64,000 bases of DNA, from positions 64,001 through 128,000 of the forward strand of contig CAVTNB010000001.1 of assembly GCA_963736005.1 (NCBI GenBank), given 5' to 3'. Below the pieces are notes generated by a model. That model saw only the letters and a list, made by a program, of their open reading frames with translations, was not told the DNA's origin and did not search any database. Source of the stretch: an uncultured Pseudomonadota bacterium. Its GTDB lineage: Bacteria; Vulcanimicrobiota; Vulcanimicrobiia; Eremiobacterales; Eremiobacteraceae. The position numbers were made by a program, and so were the translations under genes. Below, piece after piece: positions 1 to 8,946 of the stretch (its first letter is position 1; every line of letters begins with the position of its first letter).

Positions 1-538
1 CCTCTACCTCGGCTTGAGGCTCGGAGCAAGTAGTGCATGTTGGCCCCGCCGTCCTTAGCCGTCACCGTATTCTGTGCTCCTGCCGTGCTTTGGTTTCCAT
101 TCGTAATTTTCTCTTGCATTTGATTGAGCTCGGCCGTTTTGCTTGTTAGAGTAAATAGTACTTGCTTTACGCAACTATATCCCGCTTTTTCTCATGCAAT
201 CGCCAACTCGCAACAGAACGTTGGTCGATTTGTACTCTGATTCGTCCAAAAGTACATGCTTCATGCCGGGTGCCTGACGCTATTAGATGCGTTAGGGCGG
301 CCCATCCGAACATCTTTTTACGCCAACGATGAATACGCGTATCATTGGCAAGGTGTGAGCGAGCCTGTGGGTTATCATCGTTTGGGAACCAGTAAGACGA
401 AGATGCAGTCGGCGATTTGGGCAAATCCGCACCCCAAATTCGGCCATCCACCTTGCTGAAGGAGTCGTGAACGAGAGTAACAGAACCCGCGGTTCGTGCG
501 TTGGGATACGACGGAAGAGATCTGTGGAGGTTCTAGAG

Positions 539-1234
539 ATGATCCTGGTTCGCGTTTGCGTCCTCTTGGCCGGCGTTTTTGCGCTTGCGGCGACTGCCGG
601 AAACGATACGATGGCCCCGCTTTCCCAGTATCTGATGAGCCCTCAGGCCGAGATCGCGCTCGCGCGCAGCGCAGCGCCGGCGGTGATTTCGAAGCGTGCG
701 ACGATCATGGTTCTCGGGGCGCGCGGCTATGCCGTCGCGCAGAAGGGCCAGAACGGCTTCACGTGCATCGTCGAGCGGGGCTGGATGCAACCGTTCGGCG
801 CCCCAAACTTCTGGAGCGTTAAGATGCGCGCCCCCATCTGCTACAACGCGGCGGCGGCGCGTACCGTGCTTGTTTACACCTTCAAACGAACGGAAATGGC
901 CCTGGCGGGAGCGAGCAAATCGCAGATCCAGGACCGCATCGTAGCGGCGATCGCCGCCAACGCGTTGCCGACGCCGGCGCCCAGCTCGATGGCGTACATG
1001 ATGTCGAAGTCGCAGTACTTGAACGACGACGCCAAAGCGTGGTATCCGCACGTGATGATTTTCACGCCTATGGATGACAGCGCGAATGCGGGAGCGAGCT
1101 GGGGCGCCGATCGCCGCCTCTCGCCCGTCGTCTTTGACGCGCAGGACAAGATGCCGGAGCCGTGGACGTGCTTCTTCATTCCCGTCGCGCACTGGTCCGA
1201 TGGGACGCCCGCGCCACTATATTCGGGAACGTAG
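539..1234 (+). CDS. Secreted hypothetical protein
   Basis: ORF 467..1234. The ATG at 539 precedes a hydrophobic signal-like stretch (LVRVCVLLAGVFALAATAG); start is uncertain. Confidence 0.7.
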   Translation: MILVRVCVLLAGVFALAATAGNDTMAPLSQYLMSPQAEIALARSAAPAVISKRATIMVLGARGYAVAQKGQNGFTCIVERGWMQPFGAPNFWSVKMRAPICYNAAAARTVLVYTFKRTEMALAGASKSQIQDRIVAAIAANALPTPAPSSMAYMMSKSQYLNDDAKAWYPHVMIFTPMDDSANAGASWGADRRLSPVVFDAQDKMPEPWTCFFIPVAHWSDGTPAPLYSGT

Positions 1235-1605
1235 TGACGCTCAGCAGTGGGGATTTCGGCGGGTCCTTTTCCTCGCTGAACTTTGTATGCGTTGGCCAGA
1301 GCATTTTGTTGTAGGATTAGTAAGAAGTCGATAACGCGGAGCGTGACCTGCCGCTTTCACTGAAGCACTTCAACTATGACTCCGTTGGCGAAGACCTCGT
1401 GCGCCCTGGTTTTTGAGAGCCTGCTTGCCGTGCAAGCGCTCCTGATTGCGGCGAGCAGATCCTGCTGACGTGACACATTTCGATCGGGGCTTTCACGGAG
1501 AGTTCCGTTGGGCGCTTGCTTTTTGCACCATTGTGCATAAGAATGGACGCAAATACATATAAGGAAGAACGAAGTGTTACGGCAAACCCTTACTAGACAA
1601 GACGT

Positions 1606-1683
1606 GGCGCTGTAGCTCAGTTGGTTTAGAGCGCCTGCCTGTCACGCAGGAGGTCGTGGGTTCGAGCCCCATCAGCGTCGCCA
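1606..1683 (+). tRNA. tRNA-Asp (GTC)
   Basis: Acceptor GGCGCTG/CAGCGTC, D-arm GCTC..GAGC, anticodon stem CCTGC-CTGTCAC-GCAGG, T-loop GGTTCGAG, encoded CCA. Confidence 0.98.
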
Positions 1684-1685
1684 TT

Positions 1686-1714
1686 AAGCCCGTGAAATAA
1701 GACTTCACGGGCTT
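1686..1714 (+). terminator. Hairpin after tRNA-Asp
   Basis: AAGCCCGTGAA-7nt-TTCACGGGCTT perfect inverted repeat. Confidence 0.75.
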
Positions 1715-2180
1715 TACCTTCTCGACACATTTGCGTGGTGTAGCATAACAGACGGACATCCGCGGACGGAAGCCAATAGGGCGCGCATGTAGTGGTCGTG
1801 CTGACCAGGGCAGGCGATTCCAATCTTGTCAAAATCGTGGATAACCATGGGTTAAGCTGGGTACCATGAGCCCGAGGCCTCCAGGGAAACCTATGTCTTG
1901 GGGCCTCAACAGTGAGGTGAGCCGCCGGGCTCTTAGTTCCTCAAAACCAACAGGTTCAGGGTGGCAGCGTCTACGGCGAGATTAATCATGCAACTTCAAG
2001 TCGTCGAATTTACGGCGTATAGATCCTTACGCAGTCGCTGGCGATGGTGGTATCGGCCATGAGTTCTGAACTCGCATCCGACGAACGCCCGAAAGACCAG
2101 AAAGGTCCGAATCCGATGTAGCTTTGGGTAGGTCGATCGAATGATTATTGGAGTGAAGAACAACTTCAGAGTAGGGCAAG

Positions 2181-2252
2181 CGTCAGTGTCGTCAGGCCTG
2201 TCAGATCTTCCTATCGGGCTTGCTAAGTCTGACGGCTCTGACAGGTCTGACG
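2181..2252. repeat. Inverted 3+3 array of 9-bp-period repeats
   Basis: GTCAG at 2182, 2191, 2200 and CTGAC at 2229, 2238, 2247. Confidence 0.75.
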
Positions 2253-2506
2253 GGCAGCAGAAGGTCGCAGGATAATTTTGCGCCGCCAGTTTCGGGTGAG
2301 GGCGTTCAAGGCCGGCGTCCGAGCTGACGATGCCAGTGCAAAGCAAAACTCCTGGTGCTTGGCGTCGGCCGGGAGGACGGGTGGGATAGCGCCTGTGACT
2401 TGCTGTGCGATGCGTCGCAGGAGTGCCGGTACTTAGCCGCGTGTGTACATAGCCACGTCAATGGTGCATTACGGCGGGAAGGTTCGCCGTTCCACCTGGT
2501 TGAAAT

Positions 2507-2524
2507 TGTCAACCATGGTTAACA
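2507..2524. promoter_or_regulatory. Candidate DtxR/MntR-type operator
   Basis: TGTCAACCATGGTTAACA, an 18-bp palindrome with one mismatched pair, overlapping the start region of the regulator. Confidence 0.45.
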
Positions 2525-3204
2525 TGGCTAGCGATCGTTCCCCCGAACGCGCTCGCGAGGATTACGTCAAGGCGATTTATCAGTTGAGCGAGCGGAGTTC
2601 GGTACGCAGCGTGGAGCTGGCGCGTCACCTGGGAGTAACGCGCGCGTCGGTCAGCAAGTTTAAGCGGATGCTGGAGCGCGAGCATCTGCTCGAGCCGTCA
2701 AGCGGTCGGACGGGCCCGCTGGTTTTGACGAGGAAGGGGCGACAACTGGCGGTGCGGATGGTCCGGCGGCACCGCTTGGTTGAAACGTTCTTGCACACTA
2801 CCCTGCATGTGCCGCTCGAACGCGTGCATTCGGAGGCGGAGCGCATCGAACACGCGATTTCCGATGATGTGTCGGGGCGTTTGGCGCGCTTTTTACACAA
2901 CCCGGTCTCCGATCCACATGGCCACAGAATCCCCGGCGGCTCCGCGCATCCCCGCGGAGACGAGAGAATCCTCGCCTCCCTCGAGGCAACGCAGAAGGTC
3001 GTCGTCAGTAGCGTTGGAGACCGCGACGAAAACATTGTCCGTCGCCTCGCGGCCCTCGGCGTCCTCCCCGGCCTTTACGGCGAGATCGTAGGGAAAGACT
3101 CCGTTGGTGTGCACCTCAGGTGCAAGAAACGAGTGATCACGTTGCCGCTCGAAACGGCAGCCGACGTGCGATGTCGCCTGCTGTCGCGACGGAAGGCCGC
3201 GTAA
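2524..3204 (+). CDS. mntR: DtxR/MntR family metal-dependent repressor with C-terminal FeoA-like domain
   Basis: EDYVKAIY, RRHRLVETFL, EAERIEH and DPHGHRIP motifs; start at 2515 or 2524. Confidence 0.9.
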   Translation: MASDRSPERAREDYVKAIYQLSERSSVRSVELARHLGVTRASVSKFKRMLEREHLLEPSSGRTGPLVLTRKGRQLAVRMVRRHRLVETFLHTTLHVPLERVHSEAERIEHAISDDVSGRLARFLHNPVSDPHGHRIPGGSAHPRGDERILASLEATQKVVVSSVGDRDENIVRRLAALGVLPGLYGEIVGKDSVGVHLRCKKRVITLPLETAADVRCRLLSRRKAA

Positions 3205-3206
3205 AC

Positions 3207-4535
3207 ATGCCGGCGCTGGGCGTAGATGCCATCCTTGACCCGAGTTCGTCCAGCGAGCGTACGAGGCGCGCGGCTCGCCAAGTGCTCGAAGGGCGGCGAA
3301 AAGGCTGGAGCGCGTTGCTTCCCTTTGCGGGGCCCGCTTTCATCGCCTCGATCGCGTACATGGATCCCGGCAACTTCGCGACCAACGTGCAAGGCGGGTC
3401 GTTATTCGGTTATAATCTGCTCTGGGTGGTGGTGTTCGCCAACCTCACCGCGATGCTGTTCCAAGCAATGTCGGCCAAGCTCGGTATTGTCACCGGCAAG
3501 AACCTGCCGGAGGTGTGCCGCGACAGCTTTTCGAGGCCGGTTTCACTGAGTATGTGGGCAGTCAGCGAAATCGCCGCCATGGCCACCGACCTAGCGGAAT
3601 TCTTAGGAGCGACCATTGGCCTCGCATTGCTCTTCAATTTACCCTTGCTTGTGGGCGCGATCATTACTGGAATCGTTACGTACGCAATCTTGATCATGCA
3701 GAATCGAGGCTTTCGCAAGATTGAGGTGCTGATTATCGCGTTTGTCGGCGTTATTTTGCTTTGCTACGTCGTCGAGACCATTTTGGCTCGCCCGAATTGG
3801 GGATTGATCGCCTACCATTCGCTTGTGCCTTGGCTCGGAGGCCCGGACTCAATCATCTTGGCTGTCGGAATCATTGGCGCAACCGTGATGCCTCACGCGA
3901 TTTATCTTCATTCCAGCCTGACTCAGGATCGCATCGTCCCGCGAAGCAGAGTTGAGGCCAAAACGGTCGTGCGGTTTTCGAACATCGACGTTCTCATCGC
4001 GCTTGGGATTGCCGGCGTCATCAATATGGCGATGATGTACATGTCGGCAGCAGTGTTTCATTTTGGCGGTCACCCGGAAGTAGCCAGCATTCAGTCCGCA
4101 TATAAGACCTTAGTGCCCCTGTTGGGCTCGGCAGCCGCCGCCATCTTTTTGCTCTCCCTTATGGCGTCGGGCATATCCAGTTCGGTCGTGGGAACCATGG
4201 CAGGCCAGGTGATCATGCAGGGATTCGTGGGATTTTCCATCCCGCTATGGTTGCGGCGTGTCGTCACCATGATTCCGACGGTCGTGGTTATCGGTCTTGG
4301 GGTTAACACGACGCAGGCGCTGGTCATCAGTCAAGTGGTGCTCAGTCTAGTACTGCCGTTGCCGGTCATCGTTTTGCTAGTCTTCACCGGCAAGCGCTCG
4401 ATCATGGGCGACCTGGTCAACAAACCGCTTGCGAAGTTTCTTGGAATTGCTGCAGCAACGGTCGTAATCGGGCTGAATTTCGTGCTCCTGTGGCAAACCA
4501 TCGGTTTGCCGATGCCCAAATTCCTAGGCGGTTGA
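3207..4535 (+). CDS. mntH: Nramp family divalent metal (Mn2+) transporter
   Basis: YMDPGNFAT and GATVMPHAIYLHS Nramp signatures, multiple TM segments, 2 bp after mntR. Confidence 0.95.
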   Translation: MPALGVDAILDPSSSSERTRRAARQVLEGRRKGWSALLPFAGPAFIASIAYMDPGNFATNVQGGSLFGYNLLWVVVFANLTAMLFQAMSAKLGIVTGKNLPEVCRDSFSRPVSLSMWAVSEIAAMATDLAEFLGATIGLALLFNLPLLVGAIITGIVTYAILIMQNRGFRKIEVLIIAFVGVILLCYVVETILARPNWGLIAYHSLVPWLGGPDSIILAVGIIGATVMPHAIYLHSSLTQDRIVPRSRVEAKTVVRFSNIDVLIALGIAGVINMAMMYMSAAVFHFGGHPEVASIQSAYKTLVPLLGSAAAAIFLLSLMASGISSSVVGTMAGQVIMQGFVGFSIPLWLRRVVTMIPTVVVIGLGVNTTQALVISQVVLSLVLPLPVIVLLVFTGKRSIMGDLVNKPLAKFLGIAAATVVIGLNFVLLWQTIGLPMPKFLGG

Positions 4536-4572
4536 TGGGGCGCATCCTCTCGAACCTGCCTATTGCTAGGTA

Positions 4573-4815
4573 GGCAACTCGACTGGAGATCAGCAGATGC
4601 TCGAGTATGCACAGTCCGGTGGCGGGGCTCGCTTGATGATGCTGGTGCTGCACGACGACACCAAACGCGAGTATGCGTATGGCCCCGCCACCGGACTACC
4701 GGACACGAAAGTCGGGACCTTCACGCAGGCGCTGTACGACGAGGCGAAAGCTCGAAGCTGGTCGGTCATTAGCATGAAGAGCGACTGGAAACGTCTTTTT
4801 GCCTTCGAACCTTAA
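4573..4815 (+). pseudogene. C-terminal fragment of HAD-family hydrolase/acid phosphatase
   Basis: GNSTGDQQMLEY...HDDTKREYAYGP...VISMKSDWKRLF resembles the HAD motif IV region and tail; the N-terminal part is absent. Confidence 0.7.
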
Positions 4816-4849
4816 GCCCGAATCTTGAGTCAACGATCAAGCCAACCGG

Positions 4850-4870
4850 TGTAGCATAAGTGTAGCATAA
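4850..4870 (+). repeat. Tandem TGTAGCATAA boxes (candidate integrase arm sites)
   Basis: 4850..4859 and 4861..4870; same motif at 1739, 12922, 12933, 13074, 13760 and a variant at 13771. Confidence 0.8.
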
Positions 4871-4985
4871 GGAGCGGATATCCACAGACTTCTACGGACG
4901 TTGGCAGAACGGACACCCCTCCTCAGAACACCGTAAGACGGACGCTTGCAGACGTCCACGGACAACTGTGAAATCAATCTGAACA

Positions 4986-5033
4986 TGCCTGTCACGCAGG
5001 AGGTCGTGGGTTCGAGCCCCATCAGCGTCGCCA
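4986..5033 (+). repeat. att core: 3' half of tRNA-Asp, copy 2
   Basis: 48/48 identical to 1636..1683, followed by hairpin 5036..5071. Confidence 0.95.
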
Positions 5034-5288
5034 GTAAAAATGCCGTCAAATAAAGATTTGGCGGCATTTTTGTTAAGAGAGGCGTTACGCAGTGCGAGAC
5101 AACTTCCCCTAAAATACACCGAATGTCGTCAGCGAGACCGTACTTTAACCGTACAACCAGAGCAAACATCAGTTTAGGGCGAAGTAAACAGCCAGTCGTA
5201 GATAACGATCTACTTCGCGACTTTCGTGGCACGGCTACTTGTCGAAGTGTAAATTGGCAGACGTGCTTTTTGGAGCTTGCAAATTATC

Positions 5289-5450
5289 ATGGATGATCTC
5301 GGCTTTTACGACCCACCAACTCCACAGTTCTGTCGGCGCTGTGGCAAGTTGCTAGCTGCTGATAACGACGCCGATGGCTGGTGCTTCGCGTGTGCCAGCG
5401 AAATGGCGACGAACAAGAAGAGCATAAGACCCCGACGAACCGAAAAGTAA
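5289..5450 (+). CDS. Small CxxC-CxxC zinc-ribbon-like protein (53 aa, below the ORF track cutoff)
   Basis: MDDLGFYDPPTPQFCRRCGKLLAADNDADGWCFACASEMATNKKSIRPRRTEK; GGAG upstream. Confidence 0.5.
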   Translation: MDDLGFYDPPTPQFCRRCGKLLAADNDADGWCFACASEMATNKKSIRPRRTEK

Positions 5451-5508
5451 ACTGTAACTACACTGTAAACTCGACGCAGATACCGATGAACACTAGGCGA
5501 TCTGACTG

Positions 5509-5766
5509 TTAAGCCAATATGGTGCGTCGACGACGACTTCCACTCTCCAAACATTGTGAAGAATGCCTCTCCAGAAGACCACGTACTACGTGCACCTCTA
5601 GACGGTCCACCGGTGGTATATCTAGTGTGACAAACGTACCGTCACTACTTGTCTCGATATCACACTGGCTAAACGTTTCACGAAACAAAGACAACAGCTC
5701 TTTAGCAACGTTCTGCTTTCCATTCTCTATGTATAGCTTGAATGTTGAGTAGCCATCGCGCTCCAT
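5509..5766 (-). CDS. Hypothetical protein, possibly a DUF4265-like C-terminal fragment
   Basis: 85-aa ORF, GYSTFKLY...VTLDIPP pattern; weak recognition. Confidence 0.35.
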   Translation of the reverse strand: MERDGYSTFKLYIENGKQNVAKELLSLFRETFSQCDIETSSDGTFVTLDIPPVDRLEVHVVRGLLERHSSQCLESGSRRRRTILA

Positions 5767-5808
5767 GAATACGAATTCGACATGCGCAAGGGGGCACTTG
5801 TTGCTAAA

Positions 5809-6102
5809 TTAGATTTTCAGACCGTCGACAAAAACTACCCAATCAGTCTTGGCAGAGACAGCCCGAATCTTGCGGGGAAGTCTATACTCTTCCGACTCGA
5901 AGAACTGTTTCGCTGCATCGAGGGATGGAAACTCAACAATTGCCAATTGCGTGGGCGCGCCTTCCCCCTCGACAATTGTGACCGGCCCGAATGCAAGATA
6001 GCTTCCCCCGTACTGTTTGAGGACATTCTGTACAAGCTTCAAGTAGCGTTCGGGTCCGTGCGCTTCTTCCCACCTGATTTGAGCCACTGTGTACGCGGCC
6101 AT
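5809..6102 (-). CDS. DUF1330 domain protein
   Basis: YGGSYLA..VEGE..IVEFPSLDAAKQFFESEEY; AGGAGG RBS upstream on the minus strand. Confidence 0.9.
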   Translation of the reverse strand: MAAYTVAQIRWEEAHGPERYLKLVQNVLKQYGGSYLAFGPVTIVEGEGAPTQLAIVEFPSLDAAKQFFESEEYRLPRKIRAVSAKTDWVVFVDGLKI

Positions 6103-6238
6103 GCGTTTAGACCTCCTTGACGATTAGCTCGTGCCTTAGTGTTATTCTACCCAGGTGACATGCCTTTATGGACCAGTGGTTTCACTAGTTGTAACACAAA
6201 TGAACTCACGGGAGGCGCATTCGGAATTGTAGGTATTT

Positions 6239-6463
6239 ATGAAAGATGATGAGGTAAAGAATTTCGCTGATAAGGTCCGGACAAGTAAGGTCTATTTGAA
6301 AAGCGGCGGCATGCTAGATGGACACCTGTCGACGGCAGGCGATGGGATTTATAACGTCACTCAAACACCCAGCAAGTCAGGGGTCATTGAGGGCGGACTA
6401 TTCGGACCCCGGGGCTTGAAGGCGCGGCGTAATCTGGACCGCGCTGCGCCGGACTCCCATTGA
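6239..6463 (+). CDS. Hypothetical protein
   Basis: 74-aa ORF with ATG start, no recognisable domain. Confidence 0.4.
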   Translation: MKDDEVKNFADKVRTSKVYLKSGGMLDGHLSTAGDGIYNVTQTPSKSGVIEGGLFGPRGLKARRNLDRAAPDSH

Positions 6464-6619
6464 AGGGCTTGAGGCACTCAATCGTGCCTTGTGGTCCATG
6501 GTCATTTCGATACCCAGGTTTCTTCTTCGAGTATACCGTGTTGACGCATGATCGAGAGTGGTAAGCTAAGAGGGCGATTGCATCGGTGATGCTCGCTCAC
6601 AAAAGTGAAGGAGACTGAA

Positions 6620-7129
6620 ATGCGCGTTCGTTATTTCGTCATTACCCTTTCACTCACAGCGTTGATGCTCTGTTTTGCCTCGTTACCGGCTAAGGCCGAA
6701 GGGCCGATTAAAGTTCTTAACTGCGATCCCGAGGTATCTGCGACCGCACTCCCAGGCTATGTTTCCGGTTATTTTCCCGGGTCTCCGTACTTCTGGTGGG
6801 ACGTGTACGGCGACCGTTTTGTCCAGCCCGCCTTTGTGGCAGCCAAACCAACGCTTAACATTGACTACATGAACCTTGGCCCGATAGCCGCACATGTCGT
6901 CGAGTTCGGTTTAGTTGCACGCGGAGATTTGGTTGCAGAAGTCCGCGATGTAGGCACGTTCTCACCGAACGTGGAGATTAAGCACTCGTTCGGCCTCGAT
7001 CCAAACGTGTTTCCATTGGGCAGCGGATTGCCGATATGTGCGCCGCTGCGGGTCGTATTTGTCGATCACACGGTCTGGATCAACCCGAATCTACCAAGGT
7101 TGGCGAGCACGCTCTTCCCACACGACTGA
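6620..7129 (+). CDS. Secreted hypothetical protein (paralog-like of 36500..36901)
   Basis: AAGGAG RBS, signal peptide, VRDVGTFSPNVEIKH motif; followed by hairpin 7138..7174. Confidence 0.8.
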   Translation: MRVRYFVITLSLTALMLCFASLPAKAEGPIKVLNCDPEVSATALPGYVSGYFPGSPYFWWDVYGDRFVQPAFVAAKPTLNIDYMNLGPIAAHVVEFGLVARGDLVAEVRDVGTFSPNVEIKHSFGLDPNVFPLGSGLPICAPLRVVFVDHTVWINPNLPRLASTLFPHD

Positions 7130-7416
7130 CTTCGCTCATGAGCAAGGGCGAGTAAACAACTCGACCTTGCTCATTCCACTGGATTTGGACATTGTTTCGA
7201 AAAGTTTAGCGATCTAGCCTGACGACATTGAGGTGTTCCGCATTTCCAGGATCAACGGACTAGTAGACTATTGAGCGTTAGCACGACGGTACCGGGCGGG
7301 GTTACAACCACCAAGGCAATCGAAACTCAGTATTAGCGTTGTGTCTCTTCATTATATACGCGGTGCCATTCCAGGCGCGCTGCAATCACGTTTTAGCCCC
7401 AGTCAAAACGACTTCA

Positions 7417-8636
7417 TCACGCTCTTTTTGTGTTGCGGATCTTCTCACCGATCCGATGGTAGAAAGCAGGTGATGACAGGTAGCCGAAGTGTGCAAGATG
7501 GACCGGTAGATTGCTTTCAAAGCATTCGTCATCAGCTCCGTCGAAAGATCGGGGCCGTCGTATAGCTAAGGATGTCGTGCGGATCCCAAACATTGTACCA
7601 GTGGCCCACGTGCGGGTGCGGCAGCGCGACCTTATGCGGCGCGCGGGTCGCGGGGTCGCTGCGTTTGAATAGCTTCATCTCTTCAAATAGGCCCACTTGA
7701 GAGCCCGCTGACACCCAAAAATCTATCCTATGTTCGAATACTTGGCGCTGTGTGGAATGTAATAGGTGGCGCAATCGTAGACGATCTGCCCGCCCATACT
7801 ATGGCTGAGCACGACGAGCGCTTCCGCCGGCTGCATCCGCGCAGCTTCGACAAGAACATCCAAAAAATCGGTGATGATCGGCCCCGGTGTGTCCGCGTCG
7901 CCGCGTTTCGAGAGATACACGAAAACATCGCCGATGAAGTTCGTTATGATAGCGTCGATAGCTGGGCGCCAACGCAGGAAGACGTTTGTGGTGAAGAAGC
8001 TCAACTGGTCGCTTGCAGATCGCCGCGCTCGCTTGGTCAGGTCAGAAACCGGCAGAAGGCCCGAGGATCGGTGCTGATTGGCGGCAACGCCTCGTCCGGT
8101 GTCCCCGCTGTGCGCGATTGTTGCAAGCAGTTGCCTGGCCTGGGTCGCGATATGATCCAGGAGCGCCGCATCGACCCGAGGCGGGACTCCTTTGGGCATC
8201 GCTTGGCGTACAGCCGAATCCAGGGCTGTCGCCTGGCTGGCATACTCGCCATAAGTCAATCCGATTTGTTTGAGGGCGGCGGACAGCACCGAGCTAAGTT
8301 GATCAGCGGATAAGGACCAAACCATCGGCGTGTCAGCATTCGTGGCTGCGTCTGTGGTTGGCTGCGTCGCCTCAACCTGCTTGAGCAAGTGGATCGCAAG
8401 CGCCGGCAATCGTTGCTGGCTGTTGAGGTCCGCCTCGCTGCGCACGGGACGCTCGCGTGATTCCACGCGAAGTTCACTGCATCTCCGCCCCATTGGGCTG
8501 CAAAGACTTGGACTCGATCAGGATCTTTGGGGTCAGGCGAAAGCGCAGGCGCTACGTAGTGTCGCAAAAAGGAGGTGATCATCGGCAGGTGGCTCCGGTC
8601 GCGAATGGCGACGCCGTGGAGGTACACAATTGGCAC
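7417..8636 (-). pseudogene. Alpha/beta hydrolase, at least three frameshifts
   Basis: Pieces in different frames: IVYLHGV, SHSMGG nucleophile elbow, WDPHDILS, AHFGYL ending at stop 7417. Confidence 0.75.
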
Positions 8637-8946
8637 AATCTCGACGTTTTAGGCCAAGCCAATAGCCACACCCTGCAAAGCAAAGGCCCGCCTTGGAAGA
8701 CACTCTTGGAATTCACGGACGACGACAAGGATAATGCCCGGACAGCAAATGCTTTGGAAACGCAGTAACCAATGTTCTGGCTAACGCGTCATTCCGCGCT
8801 CGAGGCAGCATTTGACTCACAACCTACGCGAACGCAGGAGCAGCCGTGTAGGTAATCCTATTTGCACGAATACCCATGTGAAACAGGTCGACGCTCTCAT
8901 GAAAGTTCACGCCCATTTGGCGCCCTTTCTCATACACATTCCGTGT

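Larger units (their letters stand above)
1684..5033. mobile_element. Island 1 at tRNA-Asp (mntR-mntH cargo, no integrase)
   Basis: Bounded by a 48-bp exact direct repeat, 1636..1683 and 4986..5033; TGTAGCATAA boxes near both ends. Confidence 0.8.

Noticed and set aside
1..460. Short ORFs at the window start
   Set aside because: No recognisable motifs or clear RBS, so a call cannot be supported.
4986..5033. Additional tRNA-Asp genes at 4986, 12969 and 13799
   Set aside because: Only the 3' half is present, with no 5' acceptor strand or D-arm, so these are att duplications.
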